NCBI GenBank assembly: GCA_951406725.2
Contig: OX597814.1
Location: forward strand, 23,498,001 to 23,562,000
Direction of reading: 5' to 3'
From: Octopus vulgaris
Taxonomy: Eukaryota
Length of the DNA: 64,000 nt
Shown: positions 1-13,089 of the stretch, piece by piece
Position numbering within the stretch: position 1 is the stretch's first letter
Layout of the letters: the number at the start of each line of letters is the position of its first letter
Made by a program: the position numbers and the translations under genes
Notes under the pieces: generated by a model
Databases searched by the model: none
What the model was told of the DNA's origin: nothing
What the model saw: only the letters and a program-made list of their open reading frames with translations

Positions 1-1900
1 GTCCATAAATGCTATCACAAAGAGATTTTATCAAAACCTGTGCCCAATTAAACAGTCCAAGTCTTGACTCTAAATTGCATAATTTCATAATAATCATACC
101 ATCCTTTACTATCAAGGCATGTAACATTTCCAAGAGAGTCAATGTATTCTAGGCCTCAACTGGATAATCCATTATCACTCCATTGTGGCATCATTGACTG
201 AAAGTAATGCAAGAATGTTGTTATTGACTTTCAAAGCATCTACATGTTTTAGGAGTTCAGTTTATCTTTTATGATACACCTTCAGCTGATTCTTCACCTG
301 AGACATCTATTGAATCTCCAAATATGTTTCTGATAAAACCTCTTTAACCTGATATTAATTCATGAGGTATATCTATTAGATCTTCTTACATTCCCCATTT
401 GTGTATCAGTGTACCATTTCTAAGCCAAGAAGTTATCTATTAAACTCTTCTTGTCTGTGATTCTCATATTTCTGTTAGGCTTAGAAATTTTACATTAGGC
501 CAGAGATAAGCTGATTTAACACAATTTTCTACACCAGCAACAAGAGAAATTTTTAGTATCACAAGAGTTGCTTCGTGAAAGCTTTCTGGCAACAGAATAA
601 TTTTTCCACCAACTTGCAAGGGTCTGCTACGACGAATACCTTGCTTTAAAAGCACATCAATGATTTTCTTTAGTCTAAGATTATTATATTATGGAAATTG
701 TAGCTGTGATACCAGTGCCAGTGGCACATAAGAAAACCGTCCGAACATGGCCATTGCCAGCGCCGCCCTGACTGGCCTCTGTGCTGGTGGCACGTAAAAA
801 GCACCATCCAATTGTGGCCGTTGCCAGCCTCGTCTGGCCCCCGTGCTGGTGGCACATAAAAAACACCATCCGATCGTGGCCGTTTGCCACCCTCGTCTGG
901 TACCTGTGCATGTGGCACGTGAAAAGCACCCACTAGACTCACAGAGTGGTTAGCGTTAGGAAGGGCATCCAGCTGTAGAAACACTGCCAAATCAGACTAG
1001 GCCTGGCGCAGCCAACTGGCTCCCCAGACCCCAGCCTACTGGCTCCCCAGACCCCAGTTGAACCATCCAACCCATGCTAGCATAGAAAACAGACGTTAAA
1101 CGATGTTGATGATGATGATGAGTGTAGACTAGTTACTCCATAATTGCCCAGAATATCTAAAAAGAAAACTGTGTTGCATTGCTGAGTATACAAATGAAGA
1201 AAATATATGTTGAAGTACCTGAGGTTGCATTTTCATAAAATTTCTTAAACACTTGTTAAGATGTTGAAGAATGTCAATTTCCGCATTTTCATTTATTTCA
1301 TTACAGGGTAAAATATTTAAAGAAGAACATTGTTGCAACAACTTAATTCATGTACTGACAAAGTCAACTCTTTATCTCTGTGTTTCTTAAATAGCTACAA
1401 CTCTTGGATTGTTTCTGACACAGTCTTCCATCATTTGGTCAATTGAACTAATGATGCTTCTGTCATGCATCTCCTCCATTTGTCATCATTTTCGAGCAGA
1501 TTTCATTGTTTTGTAGCTCCTTTATGGGTGTTGTAGAACACACCATCAACGGTTTGTAGGTTGTCAAAAATGTAAACTCCCGTATAATGAAGTAACATTA
1601 CACCTGAAATAGAATCTTTCACTACCTTTAGAGTTCATAGAATTTGGAAATTGCTTTTCTCTTTCTTTCAAATATGGCTACACTATATTCATTTTTATTT
1701 TTTGTTATAGAATACAAATTGATAGGGAACATAGAAGTAATATAGTTCTTTGGCATTTTCATTTGTCCATATGGGCATGAACCATATAATGAACTATGTG
1801 GCTTTCTTTGAGCCACATTGAAAGCCTGTGTCCCACCCACTTCATAAAAATACTCTGTCATTCACTGTCCCCTTTATCCCTTTCACCCATGCTTTTATTT
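1..1900 (-). pseudogene. Decayed autonomous Helitron Rep-helicase (RepHel) coding remnant, interrupted by an RTE 3' UTR insertion; runs off the window start
   Basis: Minus-strand translation gives Helitron motifs in the correct order with many stops and frameshifts: TNENAKELYY..VPYQFVF, RKRKAISKFYEL, ERFYF..LLH...DNLQTVDG, NLLENDDKWRRCMTEA, degenerate Walker A region VFFLDILGNYGVT, PIF1-like GGKIILL...CVKSAYLWPNVKFLSLTE (ORF 464-655), IRNIFGD. Confidence 0.8.
690..1121 (+). mobile_element. 5'-truncated RTE-type LINE 3' UTR (or derived SINE) with internal ~60-bp tandem units and (GAT)n tail
   Basis: GGAAGGGCATCCAGCTGTAGAAAC...AACCCATGCTAGCAT...GTTAAACGATG(ATG)n; the same tail directly follows RTE ORF-end sequence at 2917-3660. 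Confidence 0.85.
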
Positions 1901-2916
1901 TATTCACTCATGCTTTATGTGCCCATGGCCATATTAGCCATTTCATATTTCCTCCCTCGCAGTAGCCAGTGAAATGGTAAAAGCACACTGTAACTATGTT
2001 GTTGGTATGACTAAGGACAGCAGTGGTTCTTTCTTTTGTTTACTATACCCTGCACTATTTTGCCATGCATTGCATTCCTACACCTGTGCTTTTATTGCTC
2101 ATACATTGTATTCTTGCCCATGTCTATTGGTTATCTATCAATCACTCCTTATTCTTCTTAATTATCACTGTATTATGTTTCAGTGCGAGTCTCTTCTGTT
2201 TGCTATATGTTGCTTCTAGTCAAATTGAAAATTGTAAAATTGTAAGAACAATTTAGTCTTGTTGAGGACAAGGTACTTCTCTAGTTCTGGTGATTTGAAC
2301 ACAGTAGCCAGTAAAATGGTAAAAGTACTCTGTAAAGTGGTTGGTGTTAGGAAGGACATCCAGTCATAGAAGCCAAGCTAAAATGAATTTGCAAAATGAG
2401 GTCTTTTTGGTCCATCTGGAATGGCAGATCCAGTCAGCCCATGCCATCACAGACAGTGGACCTATAACAATGATGATGATGATGATGATGAAGAGGAGGC
2501 AGAAGCGGAGAGTAGGAGTAAAAAGAGGAGGAGGGCATGTCGTGTTCTTGCTTTGGTTTTGTTGGAAATGTAAACCTTGTTTGATAATATTTACCTCTTT
2601 TCAATACAAGTTATTGTGATCATTTCATTAAGTTTTAGAGTACTTTGCAAAGTACTTGAAGTTAAATTCTATATTTCTTTTGTGTGCAATATATAAATGC
2701 ATTCTCAATATATCAGCTTATATTTAGAAAAGGATGAACATTTGAAATAATATCAATTTATGCAAAAGAATGCTCTTGCTTCCTTTAAAATGTATTTGCG
2801 TAATTATACATAAGGATTACCCCATGATACATGTTTGTAAAACTGTAAACATTTCAAGGAATTAACATAATACAAAAACTTCCTTCCAAATGGTTTATGT
2901 CATTCTGTTTTTTTAT

Positions 2917-3660
2917 AGATTGGGCCTCTCCTTCTGAGTGAAAGGCAGATTGTATGATGCCTGTCTATGAACAGCTATGTTACATGGCAGTGAGACATGG
3001 GTCGTGACTACTGAGGATATGTGAAGGCTTGAAAGAAATGAAGCTAGTATGCTCAGTTGGATGCGTAATGTCACTGTTTATATTCAACAGAGTATAAATA
3101 AGTTGAGAGGAAACTCATATCTGAGGAAACTCATATCTGATGCCTTATATATCAGATGTAGTGTGCAAAAGAGAAGACTACGATGGTACAGTCATTTAAC
3201 GTGCATCTATGACGACAGTTGCAGCAAGAAGTGCTGATTTCTAATTGTGGAGGGAATATGTGGACCGAGTAGACTCAGAAAACTGTAGGACGAAATGGTG
3301 ACAGAAGATCTTCAGATGTGGGCCTCACAGAGGGGATGACAGAGAACTGAGACTCCTGGTGGTTTGCTGTGCCTGAGAAGACACATCAAGCTAAGCAAAA
3401 TTGAAGTTGTCCTTGCATGCAGGCATGTCCCTTGCACTCCTCTTCTACTAAGCATTCCTAATCTTGTGGGCTCATGAGTGCCAGCACCACGTAAAATACA
3501 CTTGTGCCAATGTTGTGTAGGAACACCCAATATACTCTGTGAAGTGGTTGGCATTAAGAAGGACATTCAGTTGTAGAAACCATGCCAAAATAGACACAAT
3601 CATCTGTCAAACTGTCCAATCCATGACAGTATGGAAAAAAGACATTAAATGATGATGATG
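2917..3660 (+). mobile_element. RTE-clade LINE 3' fragment (ORF C-terminus plus 3' UTR)
   Basis: VKGRLYDAC..TAMLHGSETW...RLERNEASMLSWM...RRLRWYSHL followed by the shared UTR and (GAT)n tail. Confidence 0.85.
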
Positions 3661-3727
3661 AATTCTTAATTTAATAAAAATTTCTTTGTGTATATATATA
3701 TATCATCATCATCATATATATATATAT

Positions 3728-3894
3728 ACATCTAATGTAGGATAAAATTTTTTTTCAAAAAAATTTTATCAATGGCCAGCATATTAAAAAATACCTTTAA
3801 AGGTTAAATTTACAAATAACTTATAAAATAAGGGCAAAAGAAAATATTTGCATATTTGGCATTAGAATTTTTCTTTTGCCCTTATTTTATAAGT

Positions 3895-3897
<3 letters not shown>
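3728..3897. repeat. Short insert in a (TA)n tract carrying a 30-bp inverted repeat (possible Penelope-type pLTR remnant)
   Basis: Arms 3816-3845 and 3867-3897 are reverse complements; (TA)n on both sides. Confidence 0.6.
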
Positions 3898-3926
<29 letters not shown>

Positions 3927-3957
3927 CATATGAATATGTATATGAATAATTCATATT

Positions 3958-4450
3958 ATCATCAACATCATCATTTAGCATACGTTTTCTACGCTGGCAT
4001 GGGTTGGGCAGTTTGACAGGATCCAGTGAACTGCAAGGTCTCAATGAGCTCCAGTGTCAGCTTTGGCAAGGTTTATATGGCTTGATGCCCTTACCAATGC
4101 CAACCACTTTATTGTGTGTACTGTGTGGATTTTTCATGCCACCAGCACTAATGAGATTACCATGTAAGTAGCAAGACAAAAAAAGAACAAGCAAAAATCG
4201 AAAATGCTCCCGTTACTAAAAGGGGGAGTATTTGAGAGTTGAAGGAGTAGGTGGCTGGTTTTATGCCATGTGTTGAAAGGCTAAAAGTATGGTAGAGGGA
4301 TAAGCACAGATGTCTTGCTGTAGAGGAGATGCATAGCTGAAGATCATAAAAGGAAGATAATGATGGGCAGTTACAGCAAACTCTCAAGGAATAACAAGGT
4401 GAGCAAAAGAGAGGACATGGACAGTGGGTCATGAGATATCTTCATAGTGG
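3958..4450 (-). mobile_element. RTE 3' UTR fragment
   Basis: Reverse complement of the shared tail (CATCATTTAGCATACG...GGCATGGGTTGG...GATGCCCTT). Confidence 0.7.
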
Positions 4451-5559
4451 GTGGGTGAGTGAGGGGAGAGTAACAGATGGTTAATAATACATACATAATA
4501 CACACATGTATGAATATATGTATGTGTATGTGTGTTTACACACACACACACACACACGTGTATCTATGCATAATTTGAAAGAAGTTCAGCCTGTAGGATT
4601 TTCATTATCAATGATACTACCTGTTTAATGGTTGGCAGTCATTGTGCAACCTTAAGAAAAATCTTGGCATAATCTTGTTTCAGCTTTGAAGATTAATTAT
4701 TTTGATTAATGTAATTTAGACTTGATTTAGAAAACAAATGAATGATTACGTTTTGGCACGTTGTTAGTTGTGCCAAACATTCTATGTCTTCTTTGTATGT
4801 TGTCTCATGTAAATTTACCATTACAAAGATTCATCTAATAAGAAGAAAATTGATTGAACAGCATTTGTTTAAACCTCTCAGCTGAAATAAGTCAATTTGA
4901 CAGTCATTTACATTATTGAAAATCTTAGTGAAATAAGAATAAGAATAAAAAAAATTCTCAAATGAAGATTTCTCAATTTAAAGACTCTTAAACTTGTTTC
5001 ATTTTGCTTTGAGTACTCACACTCTATGAGCTTAAAACTTCGAAGTAGTGGCAAAGTGACCTAAATTTTTTGCAACTTAAGCAAAACTGAGAAAATAGCA
5101 AAAATGTTTTGAAAGTTCTACATTAATTCTTTTGTTGCTTCTGTGTTGAGAAGCTAGTGCAAAGGCTAAAAGTCAAACTTGATACTATGAAATAACATAG
5201 CAATATAACATTGTAAGATCAAAGTCTATTAAAGATAATTAAACATCTAAATATATATGGATTAGTGGCATAGCAAATATAAACATTATTACCCTGTTTA
5301 GAGACATAGGCTCTTTGAATCCATACTGGTTTAAGAAAAAGTATTTCATAATGATCTGTGATCAAACGAATTGAAATGTAGTGTAGATGAAAATAATGAA
5401 ATGTTTTTCTAATGTAAAGGTCAGGTAAATAGGCAAAAATATTATATATTTTTATCCTTCCAAAGTTGGCTACGATGTATACCTTTTTCGTTCAAATAAT
5501 AGTTTAAAAACTATATGTCATATTGTAGTGGAATCATTGAAATTTCATTGAAATATTTG

Positions 5560-5870
5560 TTCCTATGGAAATCGACTGCCTCAGCTTTCCAGCTAACTCA
5601 GTGCACTAGTTCATGCAGAAGATTGGTATGGGACCCATACAGCTGAAGAAAGCCACCAAAGAGACAGGCATAGCAGTTGAAACCAACTCAAGGTAGCTGT
5701 GGTTGATGAGAGACAGTGTAGATGGAACCCTTCCACAAGTGAAGACTAATTCACTCCTTGCTACCAAATTCAGTTGAAGTGTACAGGCCTAGGGATGAAA
5801 CGCTTGTAATTCTAAGATACCCACTGATGATACAGAAATATTTCTGACATTCTGAAAGCTTCAAGAGAAA
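5560..5870 (+). mobile_element. 3' end of a restriction-like-endonuclease (HERO/NeSL-like) non-LTR retrotransposon
   Basis: Translates as PMEIDCLSFPANS..FMQKIGMG..QLKKATKETGIAVETNSR*LWLMR, resembling the PVEVGCRGF...AE..S.WLW..R C-terminus of RLE elements. Confidence 0.6.
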
Positions 5871-8162
5871 AGCATACAAGTACTTTTTGTAGCATCAGCA
5901 ATTTCTGCATGAGGCAAAGCATTTCTGATGTTTATTTAACCTTTGTTCCTCACCACGATAAAGACCAAGGCAGGATTTGATAATTATAACAAAATAATGC
6001 ATTCAAGAAGGAATGGAATGTTTAGATAATAAATTATTCAGTGTTTTATGTCATGAAAGTGGTGACTGGAACAGGACTCAGGAGTAAATGTTAATGTTAA
6101 ACAAACACATTTGAAAATGTGGAAGATGTTTGCATTTAAATAGCTTTCGAAGAAATATAGGAAAATACTTTGATATATAAATAAATACATCATGTATTGT
6201 TCAAAACATTATAAGGGAAAAGTAACAGAATTTGATATTTTGAGTTAAATAAAATTGTGTGTGCAACTTGTTAGTATCAAACACCTGACAGGTACAAGGG
6301 TCTAAAGCCACCATCCAAAACAGAATTTTCAGTTTAAAAAATGGATTTTTTTATTATAATCTGGTCAATAATATTTTGTCAAAATAAAGAGTACTGATTA
6401 ACTAATAAATTCTGCAGTGTATTGCACAGTACTCAAATTCTGGTCTAAGTTACTTAGATGGCAGTTAGATTTAGAATATCATCAAATTTGAAGATAAATA
6501 CAAGAAAAAATGAGCAAGCCAAGATTGTTACTGAATAATACACTGATATGTATCCGAAGGTAGATTTGTCTGTAAAACATAAGTGAGAAAAACAGAGTAA
6601 TGTGTGATGTATGGAATAGTCTCACTGAGAGAAAGAAAGAAAGAGAGAGAAAGAGAGGGAGGCAGACAGTCAGACTGATTTTTATATTACATAGGAATAA
6701 TGTAAGAAAGATACAATAAGAGTTACATTAATTGTTTGTGTGAGAGGTGTAGCAACAACTTATTACGATCTAAATAAAATATACATTACATGCGATAATG
6801 CACTGGATCTCTCTGTGCTGTCAGTTTTACTTACTGTACTAATTATATGAATTGCCAGCACTTCAACAAGTTTGGACTCCCAATTAATAGCTACATAACA
6901 TCACCACAAAATATGCCTAAGCAAGCAAATAAGAATATACAAATGCAAAAGTAAATACTTTCTTGCATATTCTGTAAGAATTTTCTCTTAAAGAATAGGA
7001 GTATTTTTGCTATATTACAAATGAAATTCATTTCTAGTTAATTGATAAATTTAATATGAAAGTTTTAGAAAATTCATTTGTATATCTTCACTTATATTGA
7101 TTAATTCTGCACCAGACCTAAATCAGCTTTCCAATATCTATATACTTAGTGCTCCATAATCAAATTAGACATCTGTGAAAAATATTTAACAACAGTAGGT
7201 TTTACAGGTGGCTGTTCTTTCAAACCTCAAAACTTATCAAGTTTTCTTATAATTGTCAGAAGTTTAAACTTCCTTCAGAAATCAATAGCATCATCAAAGT
7301 TTTAACATCTGCTGTAGATATATTGCAAATCATCCTGACCCATTGTCATCTCCTTTATGAAGCCCAGTGTTCTGAGATGTGATCTCACCACCTCACCACA
7401 TCTCTAACAGTTTCCTTTGGTTTTCCTCTTTAAAAGTAACCCCTCACCAGCAACAAACAACACTTTTTTCACCCACCACTTATTGTCCAATTTAGATCAA
7501 ATTTTTATTCTAGTGAAGATTCCTAGACTGTTGAGTTGAAGCTTTTCATTCTCAGTCATATGTTCATCCCCTTTCATCTCCAGCTTTATGTACTTACCAC
7601 AGAATAAGACAAGTTAGTGTGAGTGTGTGTGTGTTTGTGAATATTTCATCCTTCTCCCAGGATAATGTAATTCTCAGTATGATTGTTGGTTATTGCCTTA
7701 GGTTAAGAGCTACAATGAGTTGGAAGCAAAAAGAATAAGAGATAACTGGAATGAAGATATCGAATCTGAAAGATCTCACTGTTAGGTGTAATACTAAACA
7801 ATTCCAGGTGGGGAGCAAGATGCCAGGTGTATCTAGCCAAGAGAAAAGCTGAGAGTATGATGTTTGGAAATATTTTGCACTGTGAGAACGACAATTTATT
7901 TAAGTTTGCATAAATTAGAATGTCATTAGTATAAAGAGTGTCCGAATGAGACTAAGATGATTTCCTTAATGATAATGAAATGAAACATAGAAATATGATA
8001 AATTAGAGGTTGTAAATTATTTTGTCTAGTATTTTGAAATTTTATATTCTGCTTTATATTGGATACAAATATTAGTCAGTTTTCTATCTTTTATAGTTTA
8101 TAATTTTTTTTTGTTTCTTTGTTTAGTTGTTTTATACTGAATGTTATTTTCATTGTCTGCAG

Positions 8163-8207
8163 TGTTGCTATAGCATGAAATGGGGTTATAATGTCAACCT
8201 TATGAAA
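8163..8207 (+). other. Candidate 45-nt spliced exon (phase 0, CCYSMKWGYNVNLMK); product unknown
   Basis: T-rich tract and TGCAG acceptor before, AAA|GTAAGC donor after, length divisible by 3, one open frame, not in a recognisable repeat. Confidence 0.3.
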
Positions 8208-11164
8208 GTAAGCATTTGGATATACCTACAATGATTTCTTTTTAATGCATGTGTTACAACGTCTATGTTTGTTATTGTAGTATTGTTGAATTCAGCAAGC
8301 CATGACTCTGTATCCTGGTGGAATTAGTTGCACCAGGCATTTTTGAGAAACTTATTAAAATGCTTTTGTTTGTTTCATTGATGTGTGAGTATATTACAAT
8401 GATGATAGACAGATGGCCATGAAAGTGTCAGAATATTATTTATCACGTTGCTGGAGAGAAGACGGAGAAGATGATATCTTTGGAAGAGTTCTTGTAGTGT
8501 TGGGCTCTGTGTTTCTGTGACCTTTACTGCTTATTAAATTGTCATTCTCTGACCAGCCTATATATCCCATATTTTTTCTAGCTTGTAATATTCATCTTAT
8601 AATATAGCATCTTATATTCAGGACTAATTTATCTCTTGTTGGCTGTTAATTCTGGCAGTTTGTGCTGTGTGAAGATCCCTTTGATTAGATCCCAGATTTT
8701 ATCTTTTCCAAATGGTTAGATTAGCACAGAACTTCATTTCATTAGCCATGGTTGCAGCCTCCATGCAAACTAATGCACTTATTCTGAAATTTCCATAATG
8801 AATTCCATATAACATCCATAATTATTGTACCTTGTTTATCAAGACAACACTATAGGTATTCAGGCTAAATTCTATAAGTTGTTTATAAATAAACGAGGAG
8901 TGCTCTAAGTCACATTGAATTCAGAGAACATTCCAGTTTGAACTAAAATGATGATCCTGATAGGTACATTCGGTTTATTAAGCTCTGAGCTAGAATACCA
9001 AATCCCTTTACAATGTTATCAAACATGTTTGAATAAACGAATTTATTTATTGATACACTATAAGAGTTTGCCAATTTTTATTGTTGCCATTAAGAAGATG
9101 ATGTTTGAAATAATAAGTTGATTTCCTATGAATTAGATTAAAAACAATTTTAATTAATGGTAGTTCATTTAGTTTGGTAATACTTAATTGTACCATTAAA
9201 AGAATATAGATATAGAATTAATTGGAGATTACATAAACTGGAATAACATTTATTTACATTTCGTGTCCTCATAAAGACTTATTACATAAAACTTTCTTCA
9301 GGTGAATGCTGGAAACCAAATGAGACTTTATTAGTGGTTTAAGACTACTGATAAACAATTTTTGGCAAAAGGTTAGTAAATATATTGAAAACAACTTTTA
9401 ATATTAATTTTCTGGAAACCAATCCCAAGTATTGAAAATTTAACATAATAGAATAGATTTGTTTAAAATGGAATAGTTGCAGGGGCCAATTAAGTTTTCA
9501 CTGTTAACCCTAAATTGAAAGTATTTTTTCAAGAACAACAAAAAGATGGAAAGAAGGTAGAAGTTATGTCTGATTGTGGGTCTAAAATACATGAATATTT
9601 TCTGTTGGTACCAATGGCACAACTAGAAGAAGAATTACTATCAGAAAATACAGAAATTATTATGATTTTTAATCAGTTGATAATAAAATTAATGTTCCAA
9701 AGCACACACATACATGCATGCACTTCTTTATTATTGTGTATGAGAAAACATTGTAAATAGCACATATTTGATGGCTCTAATTAAATAAAGTAAGCAGTAA
9801 CCAGTAACCAGTTTAGGTAGTCAAATTCATTAACAAATATTGAAAAAAAGAATGCCAGGGAAAAGCCAATACTCAAACAAACAAGTATATAATGAATATA
9901 ATTACTCAATAAGGAAGAAGCAGATTAGAAATCAGTGTACATTGTTGAAAATATTACAGAATAAATAAAAGAAGAAGAAATATAAGTTGTTTACAGCAAA
10001 ATCAGCATAGTGGATGGCCGATGAAAGTGGATATAGCAAAAATGTGTGTAGAATGGTGCTTTTCAACAGATAGAGTTGATGGTGAAATACACAAGATGTG
10101 TGTTATATAATTGTAAGGGAAATGTGTATGTGAGTGAACCTAAGTACTATAAGTATAATATGAGTAATATAGTATCTGTATGTTGTATGATTGTATAGGT
10201 CTGTGTGTGGTGGTGGTGGTGGGGGTGTGAGTGAGTGTTCAGGAGAGCAGAGGAAATAATGATAATGTACTTTAAGTGTGGTATGAACAAGTCAATAAGT
10301 ACGTGTGTGTGAATGTGTAGGTGTATAGATAAGGGGGTGGGGTAGTGCACAGAAGGGTGCTTATCAGTATGTAGAGAGTTAAAAGTGAAAGTAGTGTTTT
10401 AGTCAAAGAGAAAATGATTGTCAATACTAACTGGTCAGGTTGCACATAGCTACAAATACAAAATCCATTGCTGCTCATAATGAAAGCAACAAACAGGAGA
10501 CTCGTGGAGTAAAACAACACCACAGAAGACAAGCTGCAAGCAGAAGTGGTTTAGAAGTAAAATCAGACTAAGATCAGAGTGATGAGGTATTGTCTCCCTC
10601 TTTCCATCCATCAATCCATCCATAAGGATCATGGGTGGGTGGGGAAAGTCCTCAAGCAACTCTGCCATCAGACCTTATCAGAAGCAACTGTCATTAGATT
10701 TTGAAGATGGATTCCCAAGCATGACCAACTGACAACGTGGATATTATCCAGCCATCTCGTTCTTGGTCTACACCTAGGTCTCCTGCCAGTTGGTTTAGCA
10801 AGAAGAATCTAGCTTGTGATTCAGTCCTGTAAATTCTAATCACATGTCTGAATGACTGGAGCAGTGATCTCTCACTATGGAGGAGTAGCAGCTCAACATG
10901 GGAAGAAACTCTGATCTCCAAGCTACGTACCCTGTTGAGTAATGTTACTCCAAAAATCTTTCAAAAGAATTCCATTTTAGATGCTTATATTTGAGATCGT
11001 ACTCTCTCAGTCATTATGCAACATTAATAGCCATAGATAAAGATATGCTTGAAAATCGAATTGAAGATAGTGAGTCAGGTTTTTTTCATTATATTCTTCT
11101 CTTTTGAGGATCAAATACTAGAGCTGGTGCATTACTATGCCTGTAACTATAATACTAGCATCCA

Positions 11165-11428
11165 TAATACTATTCTACTAGGCAGTGAGCTGGCTAAGGT
11201 GGTGAGCTGTCAGAAACGTTAGCATGCCGGGCGAAATGCTTAGTGGTATTTCGTCTGCCGTTACGTTCCAAGTTCAAATTCTGCCGAGGTCGACTTTGTC
11301 TTTCATCCTTTCGGGGTCGATAAATAAAGTACCAGTTACGCACTGGGGTCGATGTAATCGACTCAATACCTTTGTACGTCCTTGTTTGTCCCCTCTTTGT
11401 TTAGCCCCTTGTGGGTAATAAATAAATA
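11165..11428 (+). mobile_element. tRNA-derived SINE with Nin/Deu-like central domain (family B)
   Basis: GGTGAGCTGTCAGAAACGTTAG head, GTTCAAATT B-box, CTTTCATCCTTTCGGGGTCGATAAA core; 17-bp TSD TATAATACTAGCATCCA (11148-11164 / 11429-11445). Confidence 0.85.
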
Positions 11429-11547
11429 TATAATACTAGCATCCAGTTCAGCCTCTTGTATTCAATCACTCATGAATATAGTCCTGAGATACTTTTCCAC
11501 TTTTTTCAGTGTCAGTGTCGGTTGTCTAAAAGAGATTCACAGAATAT

Positions 11548-11579
<32 letters not shown>

Positions 11580-11663
11580 TTAGCGTCCGTTTTCCATGCT
11601 AGCATGGGTTGGACGGTTTATGCTAGCATGGAAAACGGACGCTAAATGATGATGATGATGATG
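11548..11663. repeat. Head-to-head palindrome of two RTE tails
   Basis: (CAT)n-TTAGCGTCCGTTTTCCATGCTAGCAT, 14-nt spacer, then the exact reverse complement ending in (GAT)n. Confidence 0.9.
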
Positions 11664-12008
11664 TGTCAGTAACAAATATATTCCTTTGTGCTATTGCTTA
11701 ACAAGTATAATTATTCATTGTGAATGATACCTTGTTACTGAATCTTTTAATTGCACATAACTCCAATTCAAACTGTGTTATTATTTTGGGGCCCAACAAA
11801 CAGGAAATAAGCTCTTTCCTATGTGAGGGAAAAGTAGTTTAGCCTCATTTTAAAAAGAACTTCTTCTCAAAAGACTTCTTATTTATGTCATGTGTAGTTT
11901 TGCTTTTGTGATTTGATAAGTGGATAAGGGAGGGAGGGATATTTTTTGTTTGGTTTTCAAGCATTAGACATCAAGCTAAAATTTGGTAACACTACTTATT
12001 AATAATCT

Positions 12009-12557
12009 CATCATCATTATCATCATCATCATCATCATCATCATCATTTAACGTCTGCTTTCCATACTGGCATGAGTTGGATGGTTTGGCTGAAAACTGG
12101 TGAGTTGGGAAGCTACACTAGGTTCCTGCCTGGTTTGGCATGATTTCTATGACTGGATGCCCTTCCTAATGCCAAACTCTCCAAGAGTGTAGTGGGTATT
12201 TTTTACATGCACTCGAATGATGCATTTTATGGGTGCCAGTCAACCAGCACTGGCATTGGTTGCTGCTACAATTTCGTTTGGCTTGACAGGTCTTCTCAAG
12301 CACAACGTATCACCCAGTGTTTGATGGGTGATTTTTATGTACCATTTACAGTTATGACTATGATCTCTCTTGGCTTGACAGGTCTTCTCAAGCACAGCAT
12401 ATCACCAACAGTCTCAGTCACTTGTCATTGCCTCTGTGAGGCCCAACATTCAAAGATCATGCTTCACCACCTCGTCCTATGCCTTCCTGAGTGTACCTCT
12501 TCCACAGGTTCCCTCCACCATTAGAGTGTGGTACTTCTTCACACAGCTGTCCTCATT
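12009..12557 (-). mobile_element. RTE LINE 3' fragment
   Basis: (CAT)n plus reverse-complemented shared tail and RTE ORF-end sequence. Confidence 0.75.
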
Positions 12558-12621
12558 TATGATTATTCATTAATGTTTTAATTAACAAAAAGTACTTTGA
12601 GAAAATAATCAGTGCATAGTA

Positions 12622-12846
12622 TAGGTGCAGGAGTGGCTGTGTGGTAAGTAGCTTGCTAACCAGCCACATGGTTCCAGGTTCAGTCCCACTGCGTGGCATC
12701 TTGGGCAAGTGTCTTCTGCTATAGCCCCAGGCTGACCAATGCCTTGTGAGTGGATTTGGTAGACAGAAACTGAAAGAAGCCTGTCGTATATATGTATATA
12801 TATATATGTATATATATATATACATATATATATATATGTATATATG

Positions 12847-12877
<31 letters not shown>

Positions 12878-13089
12878 TTGTGTGTCTGTGTTTGTCCCCC
12901 TAGCATTGCTTGACAACTGATGCTGGTGTGTTTATGTCTCCGTCACTTAGCGGTTCGGCAAAAGAGACCGATAGAATAAGTACTGGGCTTACAAAGAACA
13001 AGTCCCGGGGTCGATGTGCTCGACTAAAAGGCGGTGCTCCAGCATGGCCAAAGTCAAATGACTGAAACAAGTAAAAGAGTAAAAGAGTG
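12622..13089 (+). mobile_element. tRNA-derived CORE-like SINE (family A) with internal (TA)n/(TG)n
   Basis: GGAGTGGCTGTGTGGTAAG A-box, GGTTCAGTCCC B-box, CTTGGGCAAGT CORE-like motif, (AAAAGAGT)n tail; near-identical copies at 36206 and 48871. Confidence 0.9.

Noticed and set aside
8399-8456. ATGATGA suggesting a C/D box snoRNA
   Set aside because: No terminal CTGA D box or closing stem at a suitable distance
9515-9760. 81-aa plus-strand ORF with protein-like composition
   Set aside because: Non-ATG start, no motif and no convincing splice sites
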